Origin: Candidatus Moraniibacteriota bacterium
GTDB lineage: Bacteria; Patescibacteriota; Minisyncoccia; Moranbacterales; UBA1568
Direction: 5' to 3'
Length of the DNA stretch: 64,000 nucleotides
NCBI GenBank assembly: GCA_030648835.1
Contig: JAUSGT010000002.1
Location: 501,458 to 565,457, forward strand
In this document: piece by piece, positions 47,327 to 57,313 of the stretch
How positions within the stretch are numbered: position 1 is the first letter of the stretch
Layout of the letters: the number at the start of each line of letters is the position of its first letter
Translations under genes and position numbers: made by a program
The notes under the pieces: model-generated
Databases searched by the model: none
What the model saw: only the letters and a program-made list of their open reading frames with translations
What the model was told of the DNA's origin: nothing

Positions 47327-48847
47327 ATGCATTGGAAACAAACTGTGACTGTACTCGCGATCATTGTCGTTGTAGGAACGGCACTCCGTTTTTCCGGACT
47401 GGGCGGCAACTCTTTTGTAGCGGATGAATTTTTGGATATGAATTCGGCGTATGGATATTCGCAAACGGGGCAGTGGAAGGCTTGGGATTTCAACTTCGGC
47501 ACATTGTCCGAAATCAACATTAACGCTCCACGTGATGAACGGGCGGTCGTCTATAAATGGCAGGTAGCACAGATCTTCCATTTTTTGCCACCGACTGAAG
47601 CTGTCGCGCGTTCTGTCAGCGTTCTCTGGGGAATCGTTTCCTTTCTCGTGGTTTTTTGGGCGGCGTACACGATGACGAAACGTCGGGAAATCGGACTGAT
47701 CGCGGCTTTTCTGTTTGCCGTTTCGGTGAGTGGTATTGTACTTGATCGGACGCTCCGGATGTACGCGATGTTCTTCCCGCTCTACCTTGCGACAGCTACG
47801 TTCGCGTTTCTCGCTTTGGAGAGAATGTATGTCGGAAAAATGCGCTTTTGTCGGTACGTGTGGGAAAAATGCGGCATCCATATACATTTCGCGTTGGCGG
47901 CCGGAGCATTCTTTCTTCTTTCGCTTTTGACACACCAGCTGACGGGAACGTTTGTTTTCGTCCTGGCCGCGTACCTTCTGGCGGGGGCACTCTTAGCATA
48001 CCGACAGGGGCAAACCCTCAAGAACAAGTATTTTATTTTACTGTGCGTTCTCTTCGTCAGCGTGGCAGGTATAGCGATTTTTTTCCCGAAATTTTTCCGC
48101 TCTTTCGCTTCCGGGCTGGTTTTCTTCGACAATCATTACGGTTATGTGGGTTACGTTCTCCGTGATTACTACCATCCTCTTTTGGCGACTCTGCTTATTC
48201 TTTTCGGTGGGTGGTGGATTGCCAAGCGTGAGCATATGCCGAAAGAATCGCTCTGGCTCACTCTCTCGCTTCTCATACCGCTTATGATGGCGATATGGAT
48301 GTGGCGGCGCAATGTCGGAGCGCAGTATATATTTTTTGTCCAGTCGTTTGCCCTGATACTGGTTTCCGGGGGTATTTTTGGCTTCTGGAGGCTTATTCAG
48401 GAGAAATGGAGCCTCAAGGCAAGAGCAATGTCTTTACTTGTTCTCGGTGTCATATTGCTCTTGGTACCGAACTGGGGCTATTTTGGTGAGGAAAATAACA
48501 CATATCACGAGACCTCGTCCGGAGACAACCCGAATTATCGAAAGGTCTTCACCTATTTCAAGAAAAATCATCAAGTGACAGATGTCCTGGTAACGCGTAA
48601 CGTTCGCAATTACTACTTTAGCGGCGCGAAAGTGCCTGTCTACGACCTCGGGGATGAGATTTCACAGACGCATCTGACGCAGACAGATTTAGAAAGGTTG
48701 ATGACGGAATATCAAACCGGTTGGGTGATCCTTTCGGACAATGACTATGACTATGTCGGCAAAGGAGTGAAAGAATTTCTGAACAAGAATCTGATTCGTG
48801 TCAGCAATGATCAGGTGCGCGGTATGATCGATGTGTACCGCTGGTAA
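47327..48847 (+). CDS. GT-C polytopic glycosyltransferase, ArnT/PMT-like
   Basis: 'GGNSFVADEFLDMNSAYGYSQTGQW' DE-motif loop. About 11 TM helices. Confidence 0.6.
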   Translation: MHWKQTVTVLAIIVVVGTALRFSGLGGNSFVADEFLDMNSAYGYSQTGQWKAWDFNFGTLSEININAPRDERAVVYKWQVAQIFHFLPPTEAVARSVSVLWGIVSFLVVFWAAYTMTKRREIGLIAAFLFAVSVSGIVLDRTLRMYAMFFPLYLATATFAFLALERMYVGKMRFCRYVWEKCGIHIHFALAAGAFFLLSLLTHQLTGTFVFVLAAYLLAGALLAYRQGQTLKNKYFILLCVLFVSVAGIAIFFPKFFRSFASGLVFFDNHYGYVGYVLRDYYHPLLATLLILFGGWWIAKREHMPKESLWLTLSLLIPLMMAIWMWRRNVGAQYIFFVQSFALILVSGGIFGFWRLIQEKWSLKARAMSLLVLGVILLLVPNWGYFGEENNTYHETSSGDNPNYRKVFTYFKKNHQVTDVLVTRNVRNYYFSGAKVPVYDLGDEISQTHLTQTDLERLMTEYQTGWVILSDNDYDYVGKGVKEFLNKNLIRVSNDQVRGMIDVYRW

Positions 48848-48857
48848 AAACGAATAA

Positions 48858-48959
48858 ATCCAGCACCTTTCACCACAGGGTATTAAAACCCGTGGGAGGG
48901 ATTTATATTTTCATTCATCCCCATGGCAAGACCACAGGGTATTTTGGAAGGTGCTGGAT
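48858..48959. repeat. Palindromic repeat element, family A, copy 3 (inverted orientation)
   Basis: Reverse complement aligns base-for-base with copy 1 over about 100 nt. Sits between convergent genes. Confidence 0.7.
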
Positions 48960-49014
48960 AAAAAAGAAAACGCTCGAGGCCGGTGGAGCTTCGAGCGTTT
49001 TTCTTTGCGAAAAA

Positions 49015-50481
49015 TTATGATTTTTTGAAAAGTTTGAGAAAAGGGGCGATGTCTTCGTCTGCCAATTCGCCAAAAAACCTGAGTATTCCGAAGTAAGCGA
49101 TAAAGAGTACGGCGCCGGAAATGATGAAGCTGTACGCGCCATGCGGGAGAAAGCGTGAGAAAAAGAGTATGAGGAGGATGCTTGTCAGCGAGAACAGAAG
49201 AGTTTTTATCGGTATGTGGACATTGAAATGGCGTTTGGTGTAGACAAGGATACCGATTGTCAGAGCGAGACAAATGAGTGTGGTGGAAAGGGCGGCACCA
49301 ACGAGCTGCCACTTGGGTATGAGGAGAAAATTGAGTACGATCATGCCGAGGAATCCGAAGAACGCCAGTTTCATGGGGATTTTGACCAGTCCGGCGCCAT
49401 TCAGAGCAAAGCTTAATACGTAAAAAATTGTGAGAAATCCGACACCAACGGCATAGATACTCATCGGAGCGGCAGCGGCTTCGTATCTTTCTCCATAAAA
49501 GAGAGAGAGCACTTGGGGGGCATACAGAGCGAGCAGTGTCACCAGCGGGAACAACAGCAGTGTCAACAGGCGCAAAGAGCGATTGACGAGGTTCTCGGTT
49601 TCTCTCATGTTGTTTTCGGCGGTTGTTTTGGCGATCGCCGGCAGGAGAATGATGGCCAGCGCGTAAAACAAATAGTAAGGAATACGGCCAACGGTAATGG
49701 CGGCGTTGTAGATGCCGGTCTGGTAGTCGCTCTGGAGCAAACTTTTCACGAAGTACAGATCAAAGGTAAGAATACATTCATAAAAAAGGAGGAAAACGGT
49801 AAGTGGCCAAGCGTAGCGAAGGAGTGTCCGGTAGGGAAACGTGGAAGTGGTCTTGGCAGTATGCGCCGCGGGAAAGTATTTTTTCATCAGCATCTCTTCA
49901 AGCAAGAAACCAACCAGAAAAACGACGAGAGGGGACAGAATGTTTCCTGATATGGCGCCTTTGACGCCGAAGATGTAGGCGAGAGCAATAATAAAAAGCA
50001 CTCTCCCGAGAGAGCGGATAATTTTCAGTATGGCTTGAAGGCGGAAAAAATGCAGACCAACAAAGAAGTAGAGATTGAAAGAGGCCGCCGCGAAAGTGGG
50101 GATGACGAGAGCCGAGAGTTGAAACAAAGGAGTGAGACTCGGATCATGAAGAAGCCAGGCGATCGCTGGAGCCGAGAAAAAGAATACGAGCGTGACTACT
50201 CCCATGATGATGGCCTGGAGCTTCATGGCGGAGAGCCGGATGCCGAAGATTTGTTCGGGACTTTTTTCGAAGGCGGCACTCAAGTACTTCGACATGGTAG
50301 TGGGGATACCGTTGCCGATAAGCACGATGACCATCGTCGTGAGAGTGATGACGAGGCCGTAGCGTCCGTAGGCTTCCGGTCCCAAGATGCGGCCGGTAGC
50401 CGAATGGACGATGTAACCGGAGAGATTATAGATGATCTCAGCCACCGTGAGCCAGGCGAGAGATGATGAGAAGTTTTTCAT
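49015..50481 (-). CDS. Wzx/MurJ-like polysaccharide flippase (MOP superfamily)
   Basis: 14 TM helices. 'LTVAEIIYNLSGYIVHSATGRILGPEAYGRYGLV' N-terminal pattern. Confidence 0.7.
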   Translation of the reverse strand: MKNFSSSLAWLTVAEIIYNLSGYIVHSATGRILGPEAYGRYGLVITLTTMVIVLIGNGIPTTMSKYLSAAFEKSPEQIFGIRLSAMKLQAIIMGVVTLVFFFSAPAIAWLLHDPSLTPLFQLSALVIPTFAAASFNLYFFVGLHFFRLQAILKIIRSLGRVLFIIALAYIFGVKGAISGNILSPLVVFLVGFLLEEMLMKKYFPAAHTAKTTSTFPYRTLLRYAWPLTVFLLFYECILTFDLYFVKSLLQSDYQTGIYNAAITVGRIPYYLFYALAIILLPAIAKTTAENNMRETENLVNRSLRLLTLLLFPLVTLLALYAPQVLSLFYGERYEAAAAPMSIYAVGVGFLTIFYVLSFALNGAGLVKIPMKLAFFGFLGMIVLNFLLIPKWQLVGAALSTTLICLALTIGILVYTKRHFNVHIPIKTLLFSLTSILLILFFSRFLPHGAYSFIISGAVLFIAYFGILRFFGELADEDIAPFLKLFKKS

Positions 50482-51095
50482 ATTTTACTCAAAATTTCTT
50501 CAGAAATAATTTCCTTTTCTCTATTTGCATCGATAACAATCATTTTCCACTGGGGAATCTTCTGTTGGAAAAGTGCCTGTTTCACTCGGAGATATTCAAT
50601 ACCCTGTTCCGGCGTCCGTTCGCGAGACATGATAGTTTCGGGGGAGATGTCAAAATAGAACGCAATGTCTGCTTTCGGCATCCATTTTACCAAAATTTTC
50701 GTACCAAAATTAAGTATTGACTTCAAAGAGGAAACTTTTTGTGTTAGATATTCGATATTGATGATCGAGTCATAGAAAAAACGATCAGAAAGGAGGTAGT
50801 CGTAGTTCTCCTTGCGGAGTTTCTTGCGCAGAAACCAGAAGCGCACCATGTCGATAAACAAAAATTTGAGGCGCGTATGGAGAGTGAACCATGAAGCGTT
50901 GATTGAAGCCTTTTCTTTACCCGGTTGAAAGCTTTTTTGACCTTTGAAAAATCGGGCGACCCGGTTAGCCAAAGAGAATTCGACGGCATGAAAATAGGCT
51001 ATCTTTCTGCCTTCCCGTTCCAATTTTTCTCGCAAAAGGTTCAACTGGGTCGATTTGCCTGAGCCATCAACACCGGAAAAAGTAATAAATTTCAT
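50478..51095 (-). CDS. tmk: Thymidylate kinase-like P-loop kinase
   Basis: 'ITFSGVDGSGKST' P-loop, 'LSDRFFYDSI' DRY/F motif, 'FYFDISPE'. Confidence 0.55.
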   Translation of the reverse strand: MKFITFSGVDGSGKSTQLNLLREKLEREGRKIAYFHAVEFSLANRVARFFKGQKSFQPGKEKASINASWFTLHTRLKFLFIDMVRFWFLRKKLRKENYDYLLSDRFFYDSIINIEYLTQKVSSLKSILNFGTKILVKWMPKADIAFYFDISPETIMSRERTPEQGIEYLRVKQALFQQKIPQWKMIVIDANREKEIISEEILSKI

Positions 51096-51101
51096 GGTGT
51101 T

Positions 51102-52607
51102 TTAATACATAATAACTGAAATTGGCTGCATTTTTACCACGACCTTTCCGACATTATTCGCGGTGACATTTTCAATCACTTCTTCCCCGCGTTTGTAGTG
51201 AGAAGCATCCTGTTCGATGACATGCGATGAGCGGCCATTGTAGAGTTTTACGCCTTTTGTTTTGAGTTTTTCGTGGAGTTCTTCTTTGTTTTGTGGGATG
51301 ACGGTATCTGTTTTTTCCGTTGCGCGGCCCGCGCCGTGATTGCTGGAATAAAAACTGGATTGGTTGTCATCTTGGCCGACACAAAGGTAGGCTTCACTAC
51401 TCATAGAAATCGGGATAAAGGCCGGCTCACCGGTACTTCCGAAGAGGGGGTGATTCTCCATACGTGACTTTCCATACGCGCGGGATGTCCCGTTGCGATG
51501 GACCCAGATTTTTTTGCCGTAGTGTTCTTCCTGTGAAACGAGGATGTGCGGCATATCATAGAGGAGATCCATTTCCGGATCGCGGCCAAGGACTTTCTTG
51601 ATAGTTTCGGAGATGTTGTGAGTAATGGTAGCCCGGTTGGCGTGGGCAAAGTTGGAGCAGGCGTTGCGGGCGGCCATATAGAGCTGGCCATCTTCGGCGC
51701 TTCCGTCAAAAGTAATCAGTGGCTCTTTTTTTCCAAAATCCGATTGGCGAATTTTTTTCGCGATTTGGGCGACGGTTTTTTTGAAGGGCGTTCTCCAAAA
51801 AAAGCGGCCGATATTCATAAGGATAGCGGTTGATAAGTGTTCCCTCTTCTTGGCGGTATACATGTACATCGTGTACTGGCCAAGAATGCCGGAGCCGCAA
51901 TGTACCATAAAGACGTATTGACCCCGTTCTAAACCGAATTTTTTGGCTGTTTCTTCATCGACGACTTCGGTGATTTTCATCAGATCGAGGAAATGATTGC
52001 CGGCTGCCCCGAGTACACCAGCCCGAATTTGGGCGAAAAAAAGAAACAATTTTGGGATGACATTGAAAATATCTTTGGCTGTCACCTCTCGACTGAAGAA
52101 ATTGCCTCTCTCAATGCAGTTCAAGGTTTCATTCTTCGTTTTTATTCCCAAATATTTGATAAGCGGGGCAATACCCAGGCGGCAGATATCCACGACGACC
52201 GAGAAGGGGAGGTAGGTGCCGATGAATTTTTTGGTTGGTACGGTCTTTGTCAACTCTCGGAAGAGTTTGCCCAACTCATCTTCGGTAATATTGGTATCGT
52301 TCAGATTGGTACGGACAAGACGCATACCGCAGGCCGGATCAGAATCATTCACCTGAGGGAGGATATATTTTTCTGAAGTCACCGTCGTACCGGTGGCATT
52401 TTTGCGACCGGGCTTGGAATGCACATCGGCCATCGCGGCGATGTGATGGAAGACACAATCGTTTGAAGCGACGCTTTCCAATTGTGTGAGTGTAGCGGTT
52501 TCCGGCATCAGTTTCTCTTCCATATGAAAAACGACCGGGACTTTCATCTTGTCGGTCTTCATTTCGCTTTTATATGGAGAGAGTTTGGTAATATTGTCTT
52601 TGTACAT
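51102..52607 (-). CDS. rtcB: RtcB-family RNA ligase
   Basis: 'DPACGMR', 'SSNHGAGR' signature motifs. Confidence 0.8.
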   Translation of the reverse strand: MYKDNITKLSPYKSEMKTDKMKVPVVFHMEEKLMPETATLTQLESVASNDCVFHHIAAMADVHSKPGRKNATGTTVTSEKYILPQVNDSDPACGMRLVRTNLNDTNITEDELGKLFRELTKTVPTKKFIGTYLPFSVVVDICRLGIAPLIKYLGIKTKNETLNCIERGNFFSREVTAKDIFNVIPKLFLFFAQIRAGVLGAAGNHFLDLMKITEVVDEETAKKFGLERGQYVFMVHCGSGILGQYTMYMYTAKKREHLSTAILMNIGRFFWRTPFKKTVAQIAKKIRQSDFGKKEPLITFDGSAEDGQLYMAARNACSNFAHANRATITHNISETIKKVLGRDPEMDLLYDMPHILVSQEEHYGKKIWVHRNGTSRAYGKSRMENHPLFGSTGEPAFIPISMSSEAYLCVGQDDNQSSFYSSNHGAGRATEKTDTVIPQNKEELHEKLKTKGVKLYNGRSSHVIEQDASHYKRGEEVIENVTANNVGKVVVKMQPISVIMY

Positions 52608-52620
52608 AGCAAGCTTTTCA

Positions 52621-52720
52621 AATTTCTAATATCCAATACCTAATTTCTAATGAATACTTTAATATCAAATTCCTAAATTCAGTATTTTATTTGGTATTAG
52701 GAATTAGATATTAGGTATTT
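52621..52720. promoter_or_regulatory. AT-rich palindromic region upstream of rtcB containing AATACCTAAT / ATTAGGTATT inverted copies
   Basis: Left arm AATTTCTAATATCCAATACCTAATTTCTAATG, right arm TTGGTATTAGGAATTAGATATTAGGTATT. Confidence 0.3.
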
Positions 52721-53842
52721 TCACGAAAGTGAAGTATAGATTTCTTCGTACTGCTTAGCCGTATTTTTCAGATCAAGGTGTTGTTCTACAAAGGCTCTGG
52801 CTTCGCGACCGAGTGATTCGCAAACCGCCTTATTATCCTTTAGATAAGCCACAGATTCGATAAGTTTCGTCCCTGAATCTTTTGGAATAGTAACACAAAT
52901 ACGTTCATTGGCAAACTCTCGGAACTCCAGTAGATCGGAAAGAATGACCGGTTTTCCACAGGCATAGGCTTCAATAATCACCAGCGGCACATCGAATTTT
53001 CCTTTCAGATCGGCGACGGGAAAAATGATAAGATCGGAGGAATTGTAAAAACCGACAACATCGGTAATGGTATTCGCCGGGAAATAGGCGTAATGAAGGA
53101 GGTTGGCATGAGCGAACTGTTTTTCAATGTTGGCTTTTTTTTCTGCATCAGCGGTGTTTTTCACACGGCCGGGAAATACGATACGGATATTTGTTTCCGG
53201 ATTTTTCCGAAAAAAATCAATAAATGTTTTCGCGATCATATCGGTTGCGCCGAGGCGCGCATATTCGCCGACATAACTTACGATGAAATGTTCCTCAGTA
53301 AATCCCAGTTGTTTCAAGAGAGGAAGATTCTTTGGTTGCGGATGGAACTTATTTAAGTCAATGCCAGGATAGATGTGAGTCACATTGGTAAATCCCAACT
53401 TCTCAAGCTTCTGTTTTGCCGTATCGGTATAAACGACGAGCTGGTCGGCAAAAAAGAACGAACGTAACTCATCGGGGGAGTAGAGGTCATCGCGGAGTGT
53501 GGCAATGGTCTGGAGCGTTTTCCCTCTGGTCGGTTTGGCAAACCATTTGATAAGATTTGTGTTTTGTTTGGTCGGGGTAAAGAGGTAGTGTGTAATGTCG
53601 AATCGAGCACGCGCTTGACGAAGATAAGAGAACAATTCATATTTTGTTCTGAGATAAAAACGACCGCTTGAGAAAATTGATTCTTGACGGACGCTCTCCG
53701 GTAACTTCGAAAGAGGCTCTTTTGTCGTGAGGAGGGTCAGGGAATGATTTTTCACCTCTCTTCCAAGAAAATAGGCGAAATTTTTGGAAGCTTCATCCCA
53801 AGGAGGGACAAGTGGTCGGGTAGCGAGGAGTATTTTTTTCAT
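52721..53842 (-). CDS. GT4 glycosyltransferase
   Basis: GT-B fold. 'IIEAYACGKPVILSDL' C-terminal motif. Confidence 0.7.
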   Translation of the reverse strand: MKKILLATRPLVPPWDEASKNFAYFLGREVKNHSLTLLTTKEPLSKLPESVRQESIFSSGRFYLRTKYELFSYLRQARARFDITHYLFTPTKQNTNLIKWFAKPTRGKTLQTIATLRDDLYSPDELRSFFFADQLVVYTDTAKQKLEKLGFTNVTHIYPGIDLNKFHPQPKNLPLLKQLGFTEEHFIVSYVGEYARLGATDMIAKTFIDFFRKNPETNIRIVFPGRVKNTADAEKKANIEKQFAHANLLHYAYFPANTITDVVGFYNSSDLIIFPVADLKGKFDVPLVIIEAYACGKPVILSDLLEFREFANERICVTIPKDSGTKLIESVAYLKDNKAVCESLGREARAFVEQHLDLKNTAKQYEEIYTSLS

Positions 53843-53853
53843 AATATTTTACA

Positions 53854-54207
53854 TTATCTATAGATTTCTTTCTTTTCATTCCCAGTCGTGACGGTGATTT
53901 TTACGCGTTCTTTTTGTTTCGCGATGGACGGAGGCGTAACGATTGTCTTTTCTCCACGCTTCGCGATGAATGTATCTTTCGAAATAATCTCTTTCCCTAC
54001 GGCAATTTCATATTGAAAATCGGTCTTGTCGCTATGGTTTTCTAGAGTAAAACTGAGACTCTCTTCCCGTTCCGGCGCAGTGAACGAAAATGTCCACCAG
54101 TTTTTCCCTTGGTCGGGATCCAATTCACGCTCATTCTGCCAGAAAAGGAATACCGTAGTGGCGGTGAAAAAAAGAAACAAGCCGATAACGAGGTGTTTTT
54201 GTGGCAT
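53854..54207 (-). CDS. Small exported/membrane-anchored protein, hypothetical
   Basis: Start at internal Met ('MPQKHLVIGLFLFF'), which gives a signal-anchor and avoids overlap with the upstream gene. Confidence 0.3.
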   Translation of the reverse strand: MPQKHLVIGLFLFFTATTVFLFWQNERELDPDQGKNWWTFSFTAPEREESLSFTLENHSDKTDFQYEIAVGKEIISKDTFIAKRGEKTIVTPPSIAKQKERVKITVTTGNEKKEIYR

Positions 54208-54208
54208 A

Positions 54209-56176
54209 TTACTTTTTGCGTTGATAGATATGGATGTCATCGGAGGCGTAGATACGGGAAAACTGTTCTGATTTTTCGAATTGGGTCGTATCGAAATGAG
54301 GATTGATGATGACGAAGTTGACATCGAGATCAGCATAGCATTTTTCCCCGCGAGCCGTATTGGGTATGGAAATCATAAGAAGGGTACACTGTTCGCGATT
54401 GGGATTGTCTTCATAGCGTTTGAAGAAACCGCGCGAAAGCGGGTAGGCGTAGTCACGGAGAAAAAAGAGCTTTATCCAAGAATCGGCCGCGATGTAATTG
54501 TGATCTTTGAGAATGTTTTTCCCTTCACTGTGTTCCGCGAGATAGCGTGAGGCGGAAAACGTTTGGAGAAGAGAGAGCGCTTTGCTTTTGGGAAGAAGCG
54601 TCTGATTGTTATCGAGGGATCCGTTACCGAGAGAAAAAACGAAGAGAGTCAGACTCATAATGAGGATAACCATGCCTGGTACGCGCAATTTCGACTGGGC
54701 GTTACGAAGCGTGGCAAAAAAAGTGATGGTCGCAAACGCCGAGAGGAGACCGATGGGAAAGGAAAAGTAGGTTACGATGCGATTGGAGGGAATGTCGATG
54801 AAGAGCCATTGTGGACGGAGAGTCATAATGAGGAGAATGGCACACCATCCGATGAGAAAAGCTCCGGCATAGCGTCTCTGTCGGCGCAAACCTGCCAAAA
54901 TGGCCAACCCGACCAGACCGAGGGCAATGCGCGCCTCTCCTCCTGAAGAAGCCAGTTGAAAAAAAGAAAGTCCGGTACGCGTGGTTTTTGTTGGTGTCCC
55001 GATCGCGGTAACGACGGCATTCGTTTCGATATAGGTCGGCATAGCTACTCCGAAAAAGAAAACGATAGAGAGACAAGCGACGAGAAGCGGTCCCGGGGAA
55101 GAAACAAGTTTCCACCAGGAAGAGAGGAGGGTTTCAAGAGTGTCATAATGGGTGATCAAATACAGAAGCATTGAAGCAACCAGTACGAAAAGAAGAATGA
55201 GTGTGCTCAGATGATGTGTGTAGGCGAGAACGAAGGTGAGAAAAAAACCAAGCGCGAGAAAACCGGGACGTTTCTCTCTGAATGCCCGGTAGAGGACAAG
55301 GAGAATGAGCGGGATGAAAAAATTGCCTATGACGTTGCCCACTACGCCACCGGAAACAAATTTGGCTTGCGGTGAGGCAAGCGTGAAGAGCGGACCAAAG
55401 AAGAAAAGTGTTGCGAGAGCGATGTTTTGCGGTGTTAGAGCGTTTTTCGGAAGAAGTGGACTTTGCATGCCGGAGGCAAAACGGAGAGCCAGGATGGAAA
55501 GCGTGAGCAGGCTCAAAACATTGATAAGTAAGAGGAAAACCACCGGAAAGGCGGAGAGGAAATCAAGTCCCGTAAACAGAGAGAGAGCCGCAAAAGGCAG
55601 GTGTTCGCCGATAATGAAGTCGGGGATCGGTTCCGGTTCCGTTAGTCTATAGATGCCATCCGTGCCCGTAATGATCTCTTGTTTGGCATAGGAAGGCAGC
55701 GTTCCTGTTGTAACAATCAATTTAGACCAGTACATATGGTGCCCGAGATCAGTGGCCGTGGGAAGTATCGCATGCGTCAGATAAATCACCTTGATAAAGA
55801 GTGTCAGAGCGATGAGAATGATAAAGAGTGTGCCTTGCCGCCTACTGAAAGAAAATGTTTGTTCCGGTATTTCTTCCGTTCTCGTCTCGTTTTTTTTCAG
55901 GCGCTTTGTTATGAATGTTGCGTTGACAAGGAGAGCAAGGGTGGCAATCATCCCGACAAACAGTGAGAAAATATTGATCGCGATACCGAGTTTTCCGATG
56001 ATGATCATGAGAAAATCAATCAATCCGAGACTGATGCCGAAAGAAAGAATGAGCCTTTCCAAAGGGGAAAAGAGACTTTGTTTTTTGAAAAACACACGGA
56101 GAAGGGTCCAGCCGGGAAGATAGAAAAGTATCCCGGTAGCGAGAAAAAAAACAAATGTATCAATGAGTGGGCGCAT
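54209..56176 (-). CDS. Large polytopic membrane protein, GT-C-like/DUF2298-like
   Basis: More than 14 TM helices. Periplasmic-type loop with Asp/His residues. C-terminal soluble region. Confidence 0.4.
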   Translation of the reverse strand: MRPLIDTFVFFLATGILFYLPGWTLLRVFFKKQSLFSPLERLILSFGISLGLIDFLMIIIGKLGIAINIFSLFVGMIATLALLVNATFITKRLKKNETRTEEIPEQTFSFSRRQGTLFIILIALTLFIKVIYLTHAILPTATDLGHHMYWSKLIVTTGTLPSYAKQEIITGTDGIYRLTEPEPIPDFIIGEHLPFAALSLFTGLDFLSAFPVVFLLLINVLSLLTLSILALRFASGMQSPLLPKNALTPQNIALATLFFFGPLFTLASPQAKFVSGGVVGNVIGNFFIPLILLVLYRAFREKRPGFLALGFFLTFVLAYTHHLSTLILLFVLVASMLLYLITHYDTLETLLSSWWKLVSSPGPLLVACLSIVFFFGVAMPTYIETNAVVTAIGTPTKTTRTGLSFFQLASSGGEARIALGLVGLAILAGLRRQRRYAGAFLIGWCAILLIMTLRPQWLFIDIPSNRIVTYFSFPIGLLSAFATITFFATLRNAQSKLRVPGMVILIMSLTLFVFSLGNGSLDNNQTLLPKSKALSLLQTFSASRYLAEHSEGKNILKDHNYIAADSWIKLFFLRDYAYPLSRGFFKRYEDNPNREQCTLLMISIPNTARGEKCYADLDVNFVIINPHFDTTQFEKSEQFSRIYASDDIHIYQRKK

Positions 56177-56179
56177 AGC

Positions 56180-57313
56180 TTACTCTGTTTTTTTGATAAA
56201 AGTTTGGAGCGCTTCCGTGTAGAGACGCGCGATGATATTCCAGTGATAATGCGTTTCCGTATAGCGAAGTGCCCGCTCTCCCAGAGCATGGCATTTTTTC
56301 TCGTCTCTCGTAAGTGACAGAATAGCTTCTTTGAAAGCCTCGGCGTTTTCCGGATCCACAAACAGACCATTTTCATCGTGGCGGATGGCATCTTTCAACC
56401 CTTCGAGATTCGCGGCGATAACCGGCCGCCGACAGGCAGCCGCCTCGATAACCGCGATGCCGAACCCTTCCATATCTCCAGAAATATGGATATTTGGCTG
56501 AATGAAAATATCAGCCGTGTTCAAAAGAAGGTTGCGCTCCGTGTCAGTGACACGACCGAGCATTTTGACTTGTTTTTCTTTGTGTGTATCTTGTATGGCT
56601 GTTCTGATGTTTTTTTCTTCCGGCCCGGCTCCGGCGAGTACGTAGATTACTGTTTCCGGCAAAGATGGCAGGACTTCACGAATGAACCACTCGGCGCCTT
56701 TGCGTTTGGCGAGACGTCCGGTAGTGAGGAGCACGTGTTTTTTCGCGAGATCTTCACCCAGTAGTTTTTCCAAATCTTTGCGAACATAGTCTCCTTGCAA
56801 CGCTTCTATTTCGACGCCGTTGGGGATGACAACAATTTTTTCTTCCGGAATATTTTTTGTGATGGCGGTGGCGAGTGTTTCTCGACTCACGGCGATCAAC
56901 CCATCGAGCGTTGGGAGGAAACATCTCACCCAAAAAGCCTGATAGAAACTATTTCCATACGTGAGGTCGAGGCCGTGAATGACTGAGACGACGGGTTTTT
57001 TTGGATAAAAAAGTTTGATGAAAAATCCCACGACAGCCAGCACTCCATCGCCCAGAAGCACGACATCATATCGAGAAACGCTCAAAAGCGCTCGGAGCGT
57101 ACTGTAAGGAAGAAAAAACGGCAGGACTTTTTTCCCATAGTGATTGGCGATGGTCGTGACAGAATGAGAGCGCTTGAGCCATACGGAAAGGGCGTGATTC
57201 TGATTTTCAATGCCGCCGACGACGGGGGGATAAGCGCGTGAGATGAAAAGAATATTCATTGATTTGGTCGTTGTAAGATCCCTCAACAAGTTTGGGATGA
57301 CACTTTGTGTCAT
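56180..57313 (-). CDS. GT4 glycosyltransferase
   Basis: 'ILFISRAYPPVVGGIENQ', 'GDMEGFGIAVIEAAACRRPVIAANLEG'. Confidence 0.8.
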   Translation of the reverse strand: MTQSVIPNLLRDLTTTKSMNILFISRAYPPVVGGIENQNHALSVWLKRSHSVTTIANHYGKKVLPFFLPYSTLRALLSVSRYDVVLLGDGVLAVVGFFIKLFYPKKPVVSVIHGLDLTYGNSFYQAFWVRCFLPTLDGLIAVSRETLATAITKNIPEEKIVVIPNGVEIEALQGDYVRKDLEKLLGEDLAKKHVLLTTGRLAKRKGAEWFIREVLPSLPETVIYVLAGAGPEEKNIRTAIQDTHKEKQVKMLGRVTDTERNLLLNTADIFIQPNIHISGDMEGFGIAVIEAAACRRPVIAANLEGLKDAIRHDENGLFVDPENAEAFKEAILSLTRDEKKCHALGERALRYTETHYHWNIIARLYTEALQTFIKKTE

